Source of the DNA: Spirochaetia bacterium
GTDB taxonomy: Bacteria > Spirochaetota > Spirochaetia > SZUA-6 > Bin103
Direction of reading: 5' to 3'
Assembly (NCBI GenBank): GCA_965203515.1
Contig: OZ241907.1
Coordinates: 2,688,001-2,752,000 of the forward strand
DNA length: 64,000 bases
The notes below the pieces were generated by a model. That model saw nothing but the letters and a program-made list of their open reading frames with translations. It was not told the DNA's origin and did no database searches. Of the stretch, positions 31,159 through 40,984 are shown one piece after another. Each line of letters opens with the position of its first letter. Within the stretch, counting starts at the first letter, position 1. The translations under genes and the position numbers were made by a program.

Positions 31159-32438
31159 TGGCGACCGCCTCGACGGCACGTTCCGCGCTGCGCTACTACC
31201 CGTTCACGCTGCTCGGCACCGCCTTCCTGGCCGGGGCCGGCTACCTGGCCGGCAGCGCGTTCGCCACCGACAACGGCTACGAGTTCGTGCTCGCCGCCGC
31301 CGCAGCGCTCGTGCTCGGCGTACTGGCGGTCGACGGCCGCCTGCAGGCGCGCCGGATGGCGGCGGTGTCGCTGGCCTGGGGGGAGACCGCGCAGCCGCTG
31401 TACGCCCGCACCCCGGGCGGCCTGGACCTGCAGGCGGCCGGCGCCCCCCGACCGCACTACTTCTACCGCCTGCACGCGCGGGTCACCGGCCGCCTGCGCG
31501 CCGGCAATCGGGCCGCGCTGCTCCTGCGCGCGGAGATCTCATCGGCGTCGAAGGAGCTGCCGTTCCACCTGACGCCGCCGGTGTGCGGCGATCTGGCGGT
31601 GCGCGCCCGATTGTCGGTACGCGACGTGTTCGGACTGACCTGCAGCCACCTGCCGGGGCGGGACGAACGGCGGGTGCTGGCGGTGCGCCCGGCGCCGTTG
31701 TCGATGCGCTCGACGCCGGTGATCGACGAGGCCGTGGGAGACGACACCTCCAGGCGGCGGCGCTCATCCGACGAGGAACGGTATTACATGCGCGAGTATC
31801 AGCCCGGCGACCGGCTCAAGGACATCAACTGGAAGGCTTCCAGCCGCGCCGGCGAGCTGATCACCCGCATCTCCCCGGTCAGCGAACACCGGACCCGGTT
31901 GCTGCACGTCGAGCTCCGCCACTTCCGGCCGGCCGGGCCGGAGACGCTCGACTCGGTGCTCCACCTGAACTATCTGAAGAGCTGGCTGCTGGCGTTCCTG
32001 CGCGCGGTCAAGGCCGGCAACGAGGACTTCACCTTCCGCGTCATCACCGGTGAAGGCGAGCACGAGATCGATACCGCCGACGACATCGACGAACTGTCCC
32101 GCCGCCTCGCCCCCATCACCTTCGCGCCGGGCCCCGAGTACCGGCCCGAGACGTCGCCCCACGAGCGGTTCATCTTCACCACCGCGTTCGACGCCGGCCT
32201 GGCGGCGCACGTGGCGCGGCTCGGAGAGACCGCCGTGCATCTGTATCGCACCGTATCGGCGATGCCGCCGCGCACGGAGGACGACGATAGCGTCCGCCTC
32301 CCGCTGCTGCGCCCGGCGCCGGCGCCGCTCCTGCCCGGCGCATGGGCGTTGCGCCGCGAACGTTTCACGGTCGGCCCGTCGATCCGCGGCGCGAACGTCC
32401 GCCTTGCGGAGGAACCGCTGGAGGTCGGCCTGTCATGA
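31158..32438 (+). CDS. DUF58-domain membrane protein
   Basis: DVFGL, REYQPGDRLKDINWKASSR; follows MoxR. Confidence 0.88.
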   Translation: MATASTARSALRYYPFTLLGTAFLAGAGYLAGSAFATDNGYEFVLAAAAALVLGVLAVDGRLQARRMAAVSLAWGETAQPLYARTPGGLDLQAAGAPRPHYFYRLHARVTGRLRAGNRAALLLRAEISSASKELPFHLTPPVCGDLAVRARLSVRDVFGLTCSHLPGRDERRVLAVRPAPLSMRSTPVIDEAVGDDTSRRRRSSDEERYYMREYQPGDRLKDINWKASSRAGELITRISPVSEHRTRLLHVELRHFRPAGPETLDSVLHLNYLKSWLLAFLRAVKAGNEDFTFRVITGEGEHEIDTADDIDELSRRLAPITFAPGPEYRPETSPHERFIFTTAFDAGLAAHVARLGETAVHLYRTVSAMPPRTEDDDSVRLPLLRPAPAPLLPGAWALRRERFTVGPSIRGANVRLAEEPLEVGLS

Positions 32439-34822
32439 CCCTGTTGTTCGCAACGCGCCTGCTGGTCTATCTGGTCGCGATCGCCATCCCGATCGTCCAC
32501 CCGGCGGTGACGATCTCCTACGACCGCGTGGGATGGGTGACGTGGTTCGCGCTCGTGCCGCTGGAGATGGCGCTGGCCGCGTTCCTGCAGCCGCCGCGGC
32601 TGCGGCTCCTGCAGTGGGTGGCGGCTGCGGTCGCGCTGGCGGCGCTGGCCGCCGTCCTCGGCCCCGGCCTGAACACGACCGGCCTGTCCGTGATCGGCGT
32701 GGGGCTGGCCGCGTTCGCGCTGACCGCCGCGGTCTTCCACGGCCGGGAGCACGGCCACCTGATCGCCGGCGGCGAGCTGCTGTTCGTGGGCTACGTACTC
32801 CTGAAGCTGCTGCGCTTCTCGCGCGCGTCCGACGTGATCGCCGCCCAAAGCTCGCGCATCACCACCGTGCTGGTCGTGATGATCACCTGCGGCGTGCTCC
32901 TGCACGCGCTGGCGCTCTATCTGGCCGCCTTTCCCGAGGCGGGAGGCCGCGTCCGCCGGCGCGAGCTCGCCGTGTTCGCGTCGTTCGCGCTGCCGGTCAG
33001 CGCCGCGCTGGGCCTGCTGTTGCCGGCCGACTTCGTCTCCAACCGCATCGCGTTCAACGGCCTGAACGAGGTCGCCCGGCCACAGCCGCAGCCGATCGAC
33101 GCGGAGAGCGCCGGACTGCCCGGCGGCAACCTGCGCGCCAACGATCCGCTCGCCGGCGATGATCCGCAGAACGGCGGTCAGGGCGGCGCCGGAGAGCAGG
33201 GCGACGCGGGAGAGCAGGGCGGCTCAGGCGAGCGGGGCGGGAGCGAACCGGCGGAGCGCCGGCAGCGTCTGGAAGGCATCCCGGCGGAGCGCTGGAACGA
33301 GTCCGGCAGCGGCGGTTCCGGCGGTTCCGGCGGTTCCGGCGGTTCCGGCGCCGAGCCCGGCGCTCAGGGAGAGCAGGGCGGGGAACAAGGCGGTCAAGGT
33401 CAGGACCAGGGCGAAGAAGGCGGCGCCGACGGCCGGGAAGGCGAAGGAGAAGGCGAAGGCAAGCAGTACGCGCGCATGGTGATCGCCAGCGCCACCGACC
33501 CGGTGTACGCGGCCGACGGCTACTACGCCGACCTGCATCCGCAAGACGGCTTTTCCTACAGCATCGACGAGCCGCTGAACGATCTGGTGAACCGGCGCCT
33601 GTTGACCACGTGGGTCGACGCGCTGCGCCTGCCGGATCGACGCCGCCAGGAACGCGAATACTTCTTCCTCTCCTCAATCTCCGATCGGGTCGTGCCGTAC
33701 CGGCCGTACACGATCGAGCCGACCGTTCTCAACCGTCTCTACCACCCGTTCGACCTCTCCTACCGCACCGTGTCGCGGGTCAGCGCCACCGGCCCCGATC
33801 AGTGGCGCCGCCTGGGCGAACTCTCGCCGGACGAACGGAACGCCCTGGCGCCGTACCTGGAGGTCCCCCTGAGCGCCGAGACGCGGGCGAGCTTCGAGCG
33901 ATACGCCGCGGCGGTCACCGCCGCCGGCGCCGGCGGCTACTACGACCGGATCGAGGCGATCCTGCAATCGTACCGGACCTATCAGTACGAGATCGGCTTC
34001 ACCGACGACGTGTCGATCGACCATCTGGAGGACTTCCTGTTCGAGACCCGCTCCGGCGACTGCACCGAGTTCTCCAACGCCACCGCCGTGCTCGGCCGGC
34101 TCCTCGGCATTCCCAGCCGCGTGGTGACCGGCTGGCTTGGCGCCGAGAGCCTGCAGACCCCCGTGCACCGGCGCGGCCTGCAGGCGCTGCAGGAAGCGAT
34201 CGAGCCGCTCCGGGAGTTCCCGCTCGACGACCTCTATCTGGTCACCACCGCGCACCGACACTCCTGGACGCAATTCTATCTGCCCGGCTACGGCTGGATC
34301 GATATCGATCCGACCTCGTACGCGATCCCGCCGCCGCCCGAACTGAGCGCCAACGATCAGGACGTCGTCATCCCGATCATCCGGATCGAGGATCGATTCG
34401 ACCGGGACTTCCGGTTCCCGTGGCTGCTGGCGCTGCGCCTGGCCGGCGCGCTGGCCGGCGCCGGGGTCGCCGGCGCCTACGCATGGCGGTATGGCCGCGA
34501 GGCGCTCCTGGCCCTGGCGGCCCGCGCCTCCTCGCGGTACGGGCTGCGGGCGCGGGCGTCGCTGCTCTACATGCGGCTGGCCGCCGACGGCTACGCGATC
34601 AAGTCTCCGGCAGAGACCGCCCGCGAATACGCCGAGCGGTATCCCGAGCTGCGGCGCTTCGCCGAGCGCTATACCGCGCTCCGCTACCGGCCCGATCCGC
34701 CGGATGCGGCGGTCGCCGAGGAGCTGCGCGCCGGCGCCCGGGCCGCGCTGCGGCGGATGCGCCGCCGCGGCCCGATCGCCCGGCTGCAGCGCCTGTTCAG
34801 CCTGCGGGGGCTCACCTGCTGA
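32435..34822 (+). CDS. Membrane transglutaminase-like protein
   Basis: N-terminal TMs; GDCTEFS (Cys), HSW (His), GWIDIDPT (Asp). Confidence 0.88.
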   Translation: MTLLFATRLLVYLVAIAIPIVHPAVTISYDRVGWVTWFALVPLEMALAAFLQPPRLRLLQWVAAAVALAALAAVLGPGLNTTGLSVIGVGLAAFALTAAVFHGREHGHLIAGGELLFVGYVLLKLLRFSRASDVIAAQSSRITTVLVVMITCGVLLHALALYLAAFPEAGGRVRRRELAVFASFALPVSAALGLLLPADFVSNRIAFNGLNEVARPQPQPIDAESAGLPGGNLRANDPLAGDDPQNGGQGGAGEQGDAGEQGGSGERGGSEPAERRQRLEGIPAERWNESGSGGSGGSGGSGGSGAEPGAQGEQGGEQGGQGQDQGEEGGADGREGEGEGEGKQYARMVIASATDPVYAADGYYADLHPQDGFSYSIDEPLNDLVNRRLLTTWVDALRLPDRRRQEREYFFLSSISDRVVPYRPYTIEPTVLNRLYHPFDLSYRTVSRVSATGPDQWRRLGELSPDERNALAPYLEVPLSAETRASFERYAAAVTAAGAGGYYDRIEAILQSYRTYQYEIGFTDDVSIDHLEDFLFETRSGDCTEFSNATAVLGRLLGIPSRVVTGWLGAESLQTPVHRRGLQALQEAIEPLREFPLDDLYLVTTAHRHSWTQFYLPGYGWIDIDPTSYAIPPPPELSANDQDVVIPIIRIEDRFDRDFRFPWLLALRLAGALAGAGVAGAYAWRYGREALLALAARASSRYGLRARASLLYMRLAADGYAIKSPAETAREYAERYPELRRFAERYTALRYRPDPPDAAVAEELRAGARAALRRMRRRGPIARLQRLFSLRGLTC
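33311..33346 (+). repeat. (GGCGGTTCC)x4 tandem repeat encoding GGS linker
   Basis: Direct reading. Confidence 0.85.
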
Positions 34823-36063
34823 CCGGCCGCGGCACGGCGGCAGCCGTCGCGGCCGTCACCGCCGCGGCGGCGTTGGGGCTGACCGCCTGCGGCGCCGGCG
34901 ACTGGCTGGAGTTTCGCGGCACGCAGGGCCGCGGCGTCTCTCCCACCACGGTAGCGCCGCCGCTGGCGCTCAAGTGGAAGCTGCCCCTGCAGGAGGGCGC
35001 GCCGCGGGCGGCCTCCTTCAATCCGCCGATCGTCTACGACGGCACGATCTACTTTGGCGCCGATGACGGCAACTTCTACGCGCTGGACGTCGACTCCGGC
35101 TACATGCGCTGGATCTTCAAGACGCGGGCGCCGATCAACTCGGTGCCGTACGCGGATGAGGAGACCGTCTACTTCGGCTCCAACGACGGCCGCGTGTACG
35201 CGGTGTCGCGCGGCGACGGCCGGGAACTCTGGTCGTTCCAGACCGACGCCACCGTGCAGTCGCTGATACTGCGCTACGAGGACCTCATCATCTTCACCAG
35301 CGACCGGGGGGCGTCGCACTTCCTCGATCCGGACGGCAACGAAGTGCACCGCATCCCCAATCCGATCTGGTCCTACCACACGTTCCAGGTATACGAGGGC
35401 GTGATCTACTGGGCGCCGGCGCCGCCCGAGCGCGGCGTGAGCTTCGGCGCCTACGACATCGATCGCCGCTCATACCTGTGGTTCGCCGACAAGGACGACC
35501 CGTACGCGGTGTGGTACTCGTTTCCGGCCTTGCGGGGCAGAACGATGTACTACGCCACCGGCGGCGTGCGCGGCGGCTCGCTGGAGTTCAACTACCTGGC
35601 GGTGGACCGCACCACCGGCAACGAGATTTGGCGCGACACGCAGGAGTCGTGGTTCGACGATGGCTCGCTCTACGACCCGGTCCCGCTGTTCATCGACAAT
35701 CTCAAGCTGCTCGATTACCTGGCGCCGGCGCTGTGGCGCAATCTGGTGATCTTCACCAGCGGCGATCACGTGGTGCGCGCATTCGACGCCGGCACCGGGC
35801 GGGAGGCGTGGCGGGTGACGCTGGAGCAGCCCACGTCGAGCGCGCCGACGGTGGCCGGCAATCGCCTCTACTTCGGCGTGCGCGGCGACCCGCTGCCGGG
35901 CGGGCGGCCGGCCCGGCTGATCTGCCTGGCGGCGAACAACGGCCGGATGCTGTGGGAGATGGAACTGGACGGCGCGGTGCTGAGCGCCCCGGTGGCGTCC
36001 CGCGACCTGATGATATTCGGCACCGACGAGAACTACTTCTACGTGCTGCAGGAGGTGCTGTAG
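34819..36063 (+). CDS. PQQ-like beta-propeller lipoprotein (BamB-like)
   Basis: LTAC lipobox, IYFGADDGNFYALD..G..RW repeats; start codon uncertain (CTG overlap). Confidence 0.8.
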   Translation: MTGRGTAAAVAAVTAAAALGLTACGAGDWLEFRGTQGRGVSPTTVAPPLALKWKLPLQEGAPRAASFNPPIVYDGTIYFGADDGNFYALDVDSGYMRWIFKTRAPINSVPYADEETVYFGSNDGRVYAVSRGDGRELWSFQTDATVQSLILRYEDLIIFTSDRGASHFLDPDGNEVHRIPNPIWSYHTFQVYEGVIYWAPAPPERGVSFGAYDIDRRSYLWFADKDDPYAVWYSFPALRGRTMYYATGGVRGGSLEFNYLAVDRTTGNEIWRDTQESWFDDGSLYDPVPLFIDNLKLLDYLAPALWRNLVIFTSGDHVVRAFDAGTGREAWRVTLEQPTSSAPTVAGNRLYFGVRGDPLPGGRPARLICLAANNGRMLWEMELDGAVLSAPVASRDLMIFGTDENYFYVLQEVL

Positions 36064-36096
36064 CTCCGGTCCGTCGTCGAAACGAATGCGCGACGG

Positions 36097-36846
36097 ATGG
36101 CGGCGCGGCCTGCCGACAGGATGAGCATGAGCACGGTGAGCACCGCGGTCGCGCCCGCCGGCGCTACGGCAACCACCCGCATCGGCGAGCTGCGGGAGCG
36201 GTCCCTGCACGCGGAGCTGAAGTCGTGGTACGCCCGGCCCCGCGACCGCATCGAGGCGCCGGTGGAGGGGTACGTCATCGATCTGGTGCGGCGCGGCACC
36301 CTGATCGAGATCCAGACCGGCGGCTTCGCCAAGCTCCGGCGCAAGTTGACCCGGCTGGTGAGCGCGCATCGCGTGCGCCTGGTGTTTCCGATCGCGGAGC
36401 GGAAGTGGATCGTGACCGCCGACCGGGCCGGGCACGTCCTGCGGCGCCGGAGGTCGCCGAAGCGGGGCGCCTACCGGGACCTGTTCGCGGAGCTGGTGCG
36501 GATCCCGCACCTGATGAACAGTCCCAACTTCACGCTGGAGGCGCTGCTGGTGGAGGTGGAGGAGCTGCGGTGCGCCGACGGCCGCGGCAGCTGGCGGCGC
36601 AAGGGCGTCAGCGTCCTGGACACGCGGTTGCTGGCGGTGCGCGGCCGCCGCCGCTTTCGAACGCCGGCCGATCTGGCGCGGCTGCTGCCGCCGCGTCTGG
36701 AGGAGCCGTTCACCAATCGTTGCCTGGCCGACGCGGCGGGCATGTCGCCGGCCGCGGCAGGCGAGATGACCTACGCCCTGCGGCGCATGGGCGAGCTTGC
36801 GGTGGTGGGACGCCGGAGCCGAGCGTACCTGTTCTCCCGCACCTGA
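36097..36846 (+). CDS. Hypothetical PD-(D/E)XK-like nuclease
   Basis: ERSLHAELK, YVIDLV..LIEIQT. Confidence 0.65.
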   Translation: MAARPADRMSMSTVSTAVAPAGATATTRIGELRERSLHAELKSWYARPRDRIEAPVEGYVIDLVRRGTLIEIQTGGFAKLRRKLTRLVSAHRVRLVFPIAERKWIVTADRAGHVLRRRRSPKRGAYRDLFAELVRIPHLMNSPNFTLEALLVEVEELRCADGRGSWRRKGVSVLDTRLLAVRGRRRFRTPADLARLLPPRLEEPFTNRCLADAAGMSPAAAGEMTYALRRMGELAVVGRRSRAYLFSRT

Positions 36847-36911
36847 CCTGCGGCGCGGAGCGGCGCGTTGCAACGTACCGGGGGCGCCCGTATTCTGCCG
36901 CTCTCGTGAAC

Positions 36912-38600
36912 ATGAATAAATTGTGGCGGAACCGCCTGTTCCTGCTGCTGTCGGCCGCGATCGCGCTGATCGGCGCCGGCTGCAGCCGGATGACTCCCGT
37001 TCCCGATGCACGGTCGCCCGTTCCCGATACGCGGTCGCCTTCGCCCGCGCGGCTCTACTGGACGGACGCCGGGAACAACACGATCCAGCGCGCCGGACTC
37101 GATGGATCGGGCGTCGAGACCCTGGTGCCGCATGGGCTGGACGAACCATACGGCATCGCCGTCGCGGTCGCCGGCGGGAAGCTCTATTGGGCCGAATGGG
37201 GCGTCGGAATCCGGCGCGCGGGACTGGACGGCTCCGGCGTCGAGACCCTGGTGCCGGCCTCCCGGCCGAATGGTATCGCCCTGGACGCGGCGCGCGGCAA
37301 GATGTACTGGACCGAATACGACACCGACACGATCCGGCGCGCCGACCTGGACGGCTCGCGCGTCGAAGACCTGATTACCAGCCTGCTGGGCAATCCGTAC
37401 GGAATCGCGCTGGACGCTGCCGACGGCAAGATGTACTGGACCGACGCGGGGACGCAGAAGATCCAACGCGCCGATCTCGACGGGTCGCACGTCGAGGATC
37501 TCGTCATCACCGGCCTGGGGAGTCCCCGGGGCATCGCCCTGGACACGGCGGCCGGCAAGATGTACTGGACCGACCGGGAAACCGACAAGATTCAACGCGC
37601 CGACCTCGACGGCAGCGGCGTCGAAGACCTGGTCACGACGGAGTCCGCGTCTCACCGAGACGGACTGGCCCTGGACGCCCCGGCCGGCAAGATGTATTGG
37701 ACCGAGCGCTTTCTGGGCAAGATTCAACGCGCCAACCTCGACGGATCGGGAATCGAGGACGTGGTGACCCGCGAAGCGCGGCAGCCCTACGAGATCGCGC
37801 TGGACACCGCGAACGGCACGCTGTACTGGACCGACCTGACCGCGGGAATCCTGCGCGCCAATCTGGACGGAACCGGGGTCGAGGCGGTGGTGAGCCCCGG
37901 TCTTCAGGATCCGCGCGGCGTCGCCCTGGACGTCGGCGGCGGCAAGGTCTATTCGGCCGACGCCGGGGCGAACCGGATCCGGCGCTTCGGCCTGGACGGC
38001 ACGGCCGGTGAAGATGTCGCGATCCGGGGCCTGTCGGAGCCGTATGCGATCGCGGTGGACGGCGCCGGCGGCAAGATCTACTGGACGGAGTCGGGGACCG
38101 CTACCGCGGCCGCGGACGGCATCAGGCGCGCCGACCTGGACGGGTCGAACGCGGAGACGCTGGTGACCGCCGGCCTGCGGTATCCGCGCGGCATCGCCCT
38201 GGACGCGGCGGCCGGCAAGATGTACTGGATCGACGCGGGGACGCGGAAGATCCAGCGCGCCGACCTGGACGGCTCCGGCGTCGAAGACGTGATCACGGCC
38301 GGCCTGTCGGATCCGCAGGGCATCGCCGTGGACGCTGCCGGCGGCAAGCTGTACTGGACCGACCGGAGGACGGACCGGATTCAGCGCGCCGACCTCGACG
38401 GCACCGGCGTCGAAGACCTCGTCACCGCCGGTCTGTCGAATCCGCAGGGCATCGTCCTCGACCTCACGGACCGGAAGATGTACTGGACCGACTGGGGTAC
38501 CCGGAAGATCCAGCGCGCCGACCTGGACGGCTCCGGCGTCGAGGACGTGGTGACCACCGGGCTCCACACGCCGTGGGCGATCGCCCTCTATCGCCCCTGA
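36912..38600 (+). CDS. YWTD (LDL-receptor class B) repeat beta-propeller lipoprotein
   Basis: About 12 GIALD..GKMYWTD..IQRADLDG repeats; GAGC lipobox. Confidence 0.9.
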   Translation: MNKLWRNRLFLLLSAAIALIGAGCSRMTPVPDARSPVPDTRSPSPARLYWTDAGNNTIQRAGLDGSGVETLVPHGLDEPYGIAVAVAGGKLYWAEWGVGIRRAGLDGSGVETLVPASRPNGIALDAARGKMYWTEYDTDTIRRADLDGSRVEDLITSLLGNPYGIALDAADGKMYWTDAGTQKIQRADLDGSHVEDLVITGLGSPRGIALDTAAGKMYWTDRETDKIQRADLDGSGVEDLVTTESASHRDGLALDAPAGKMYWTERFLGKIQRANLDGSGIEDVVTREARQPYEIALDTANGTLYWTDLTAGILRANLDGTGVEAVVSPGLQDPRGVALDVGGGKVYSADAGANRIRRFGLDGTAGEDVAIRGLSEPYAIAVDGAGGKIYWTESGTATAAADGIRRADLDGSNAETLVTAGLRYPRGIALDAAAGKMYWIDAGTRKIQRADLDGSGVEDVITAGLSDPQGIAVDAAGGKLYWTDRRTDRIQRADLDGTGVEDLVTAGLSNPQGIVLDLTDRKMYWTDWGTRKIQRADLDGSGVEDVVTTGLHTPWAIALYRP

Positions 38601-38608
38601 CCGCGTAT

Positions 38609-38690
38609 GGCGAGCGCCAGGACGCCGGCGTCGAAGTAGCCGGTCAGACGGTCGTAGGCTCTGCCTCCTGCAGCGCCGGCACGAAGAACT
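38609..38690 (-). pseudogene. Remnant of PLD-SNF2 helicase 5' end
   Basis: Aligns with about 53345-53428 (FYVPALQEAE..LTGYFDAG). Confidence 0.75.
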
Positions 38691-38784
38691 GACCCGCTTT
38701 CGTGGACACATCGTCCGGATAGTCAGGTCCGGCGGCACTGCGGGCCGTTGGCCGGTCTGCTGGAATGCTGCTACGGTTGCTCTC

Positions 38785-40023
38785 GTGGAACTCCGATGCC
38801 TCGGAATCGAGCGCTACAAGGGTTACGCGCAGCCGGCGGAGTTGGAGCTTGCGCCGTTCACCATCCTGGTAGGCCCCAACAACTCGGGCAAGACTGCGCT
38901 CGCGCAGGCCATCCAGTTGTTGGCGGGCGGCTTGGCTCCCGAAGGACGGGACACATCGGAGCCGCTCCCGCTCGAGTCGGGTGGAATCCGGCACGGCGAG
39001 ACATTCGCGGACTTGGTGACCGGACGCAGCGTGCACGGCCGATTGCACCTGTCTGCCAGCTTGGCTGACGCCGACGGTGAGCTATCCCTGTCCGCTACCG
39101 TTCGCCACGTGGAGATTCCATCCCAGCCTCCTGCGCGCCAGATTGCCGACTGGCACCTCACGAGCGACAATAGCGACATCGCGTTGCGGAGATCAGGGTT
39201 CGATGACCAGTCCGACTATATGATCACTCATACCGGGTTGGTCCACCTACCCCTGAAGCAGAAGATCCGTTGGATCGGGCTCCTGCCGGAGCTGACGCAG
39301 ACCTTGGTAGACTTCGGTATGTTGCGGAGATTGCGGAGATGGGCGCGCGGCGTTCGCCATCTGCAGTGCCCGCGCAGTCTCCTGTCAGCGCCTTTCATCA
39401 CGCCGGAGAGCGCGCCGGCGGTCTTTGCGCCCGACGGCAGGAACACTCCGTTCGTCCTGGCGGCGAACGACGAGTTGCGGGAATCGGTTCGTAACTGGTA
39501 CCGAGGCGCGTTCGGGGTGACCATCGACGTGGAATCTCAGGGGGCCTACTCTGAACTGATGGTCGGCGCCCCGGCCCGTGACCCCAGGGTACGACTCACG
39601 CAATCCGGGCGCGGGCTGCTGCACGTTCTGCCGGTCGTGGTCATGGCGCTGACGGCCAAGGCGGCGGGACCGGGCGTCGATGTCATCGAGCACCCGGAGG
39701 CCGAGCTGCATCCGGCCGCTCACGCCCACGTTGCGGAGCTGCTGCTTGCCAACCTCGCAGGTCGGGGTCGGCCTCTCGTCGTGGAAACGCACTCCGAGAT
39801 GGTGCTGCTGCGCGCCCGGCGCTGGGTCGCGGAGGGGCGGTTGCCGGCCGATGAGGTCGTCATCTATTGGGTGCACGCGGAGCCGGGGAGCGGCTCCGTA
39901 CTGCGCAAGATCAGAATCGACGAAAAGGGCCAGTTGGACCACTGGCCGTACGGCGTGTTCATCGAAGATTATGAGGAGATCATGGCCATCCGGCGCGCGG
40001 CTCGGACGCGGGAACAGAGCTGA
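38785..40023 (+). CDS. ABC/AAA_21 ATPase with DUF3696-like C-terminus
   Basis: GPNNSGKT, QSGRG, IEHPEAELHP, VETHSE, IDEKGQLDHWPYGVF. Confidence 0.85.
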   Translation: MELRCLGIERYKGYAQPAELELAPFTILVGPNNSGKTALAQAIQLLAGGLAPEGRDTSEPLPLESGGIRHGETFADLVTGRSVHGRLHLSASLADADGELSLSATVRHVEIPSQPPARQIADWHLTSDNSDIALRRSGFDDQSDYMITHTGLVHLPLKQKIRWIGLLPELTQTLVDFGMLRRLRRWARGVRHLQCPRSLLSAPFITPESAPAVFAPDGRNTPFVLAANDELRESVRNWYRGAFGVTIDVESQGAYSELMVGAPARDPRVRLTQSGRGLLHVLPVVVMALTAKAAGPGVDVIEHPEAELHPAAHAHVAELLLANLAGRGRPLVVETHSEMVLLRARRWVAEGRLPADEVVIYWVHAEPGSGSVLRKIRIDEKGQLDHWPYGVFIEDYEEIMAIRRAARTREQS

Positions 40024-40984
40024 GTGCGCATCGAAATCGACCCGCAGGCAGCCGACGATCCGGATTCTCACCAGTGGCTGGACCGCATTCTGCACCGGAT
40101 CGAAGACGAATGGCACGTGTGGGACACCGCCAGCCAATCGAATACGGACGCGCTGCGCGCCACTTCGTGGATACACGCCCGCGGTGCTCAGGGTCAGTGG
40201 GTCAGGAGTATGCTCGTCGCGTCGATTCAGCGTGAAGCTTGGACCAGCGCGCCGCATGAAAGGTCGGTACGGGTAACGGCTGTCTCCAGGGCAGCGGATG
40301 AACTCACGCCTCAAGACGCGCTGCGGCTCGCCGATGAACCGCTGCGTCCTGGTCGAAAATCGGTTCAGCGACGGCGCATTCGTCAAACGCGTCGTGAAGG
40401 AACTCGACCAGTCCCTTCACACCCTGTGGCAACGTCCGGGAGGGCCGATCCGAATCGACAGCCTCGGAGGCAAGGGGCAGATGGCGCAGGAGGTGACTCG
40501 CCGCATGCAGGGAAAACCGTATCGTCCCCGACTCGTCGCCATAGTCGACAGCGATCGGACGGCGCCCGGAGCTGACGCCAGCGCGAATGCACGACTATTG
40601 CAAGAAACCTGCACCCAGGCGAGTCTGCCGTGCTGGGTCCTCGCCAAACGGGAGGCCGAGAATTATCTGCCTATAGTCCTTCTCCGTGCACAACCACGCG
40701 CGCGCGCAGACCATCAGCAGCGGGTTGCCGCATGGGAACGACTCACCGATGACCAGAAGAACTTCTTCGACATGAAGCGAGGCCTGCCGGCAACCCTGTC
40801 TGCGGCCGAGCAGCGGCTGTTCGACGGGCTGTCTGCGGACGATCGAGCGATTCTCAATAATGGATTCGGTCGGAACGTCTACCTATGCTGGAGCCTTGGA
40901 AACGGGTCGGTGAAGCGAGACCTCGAGATCCGTGGACAGGGTGATCTAGAACGCGGTATCGATCTGATTAGAAGGGAAGTGTAG
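40024..40984 (+). pseudogene. TOPRIM-like nuclease partner split by frameshift near 40345
   Basis: Frame 1 ends ALRLADEPL; second frame continues VLVEN..SD, GGKG, IVDSD, REAENYLP. Confidence 0.7.
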
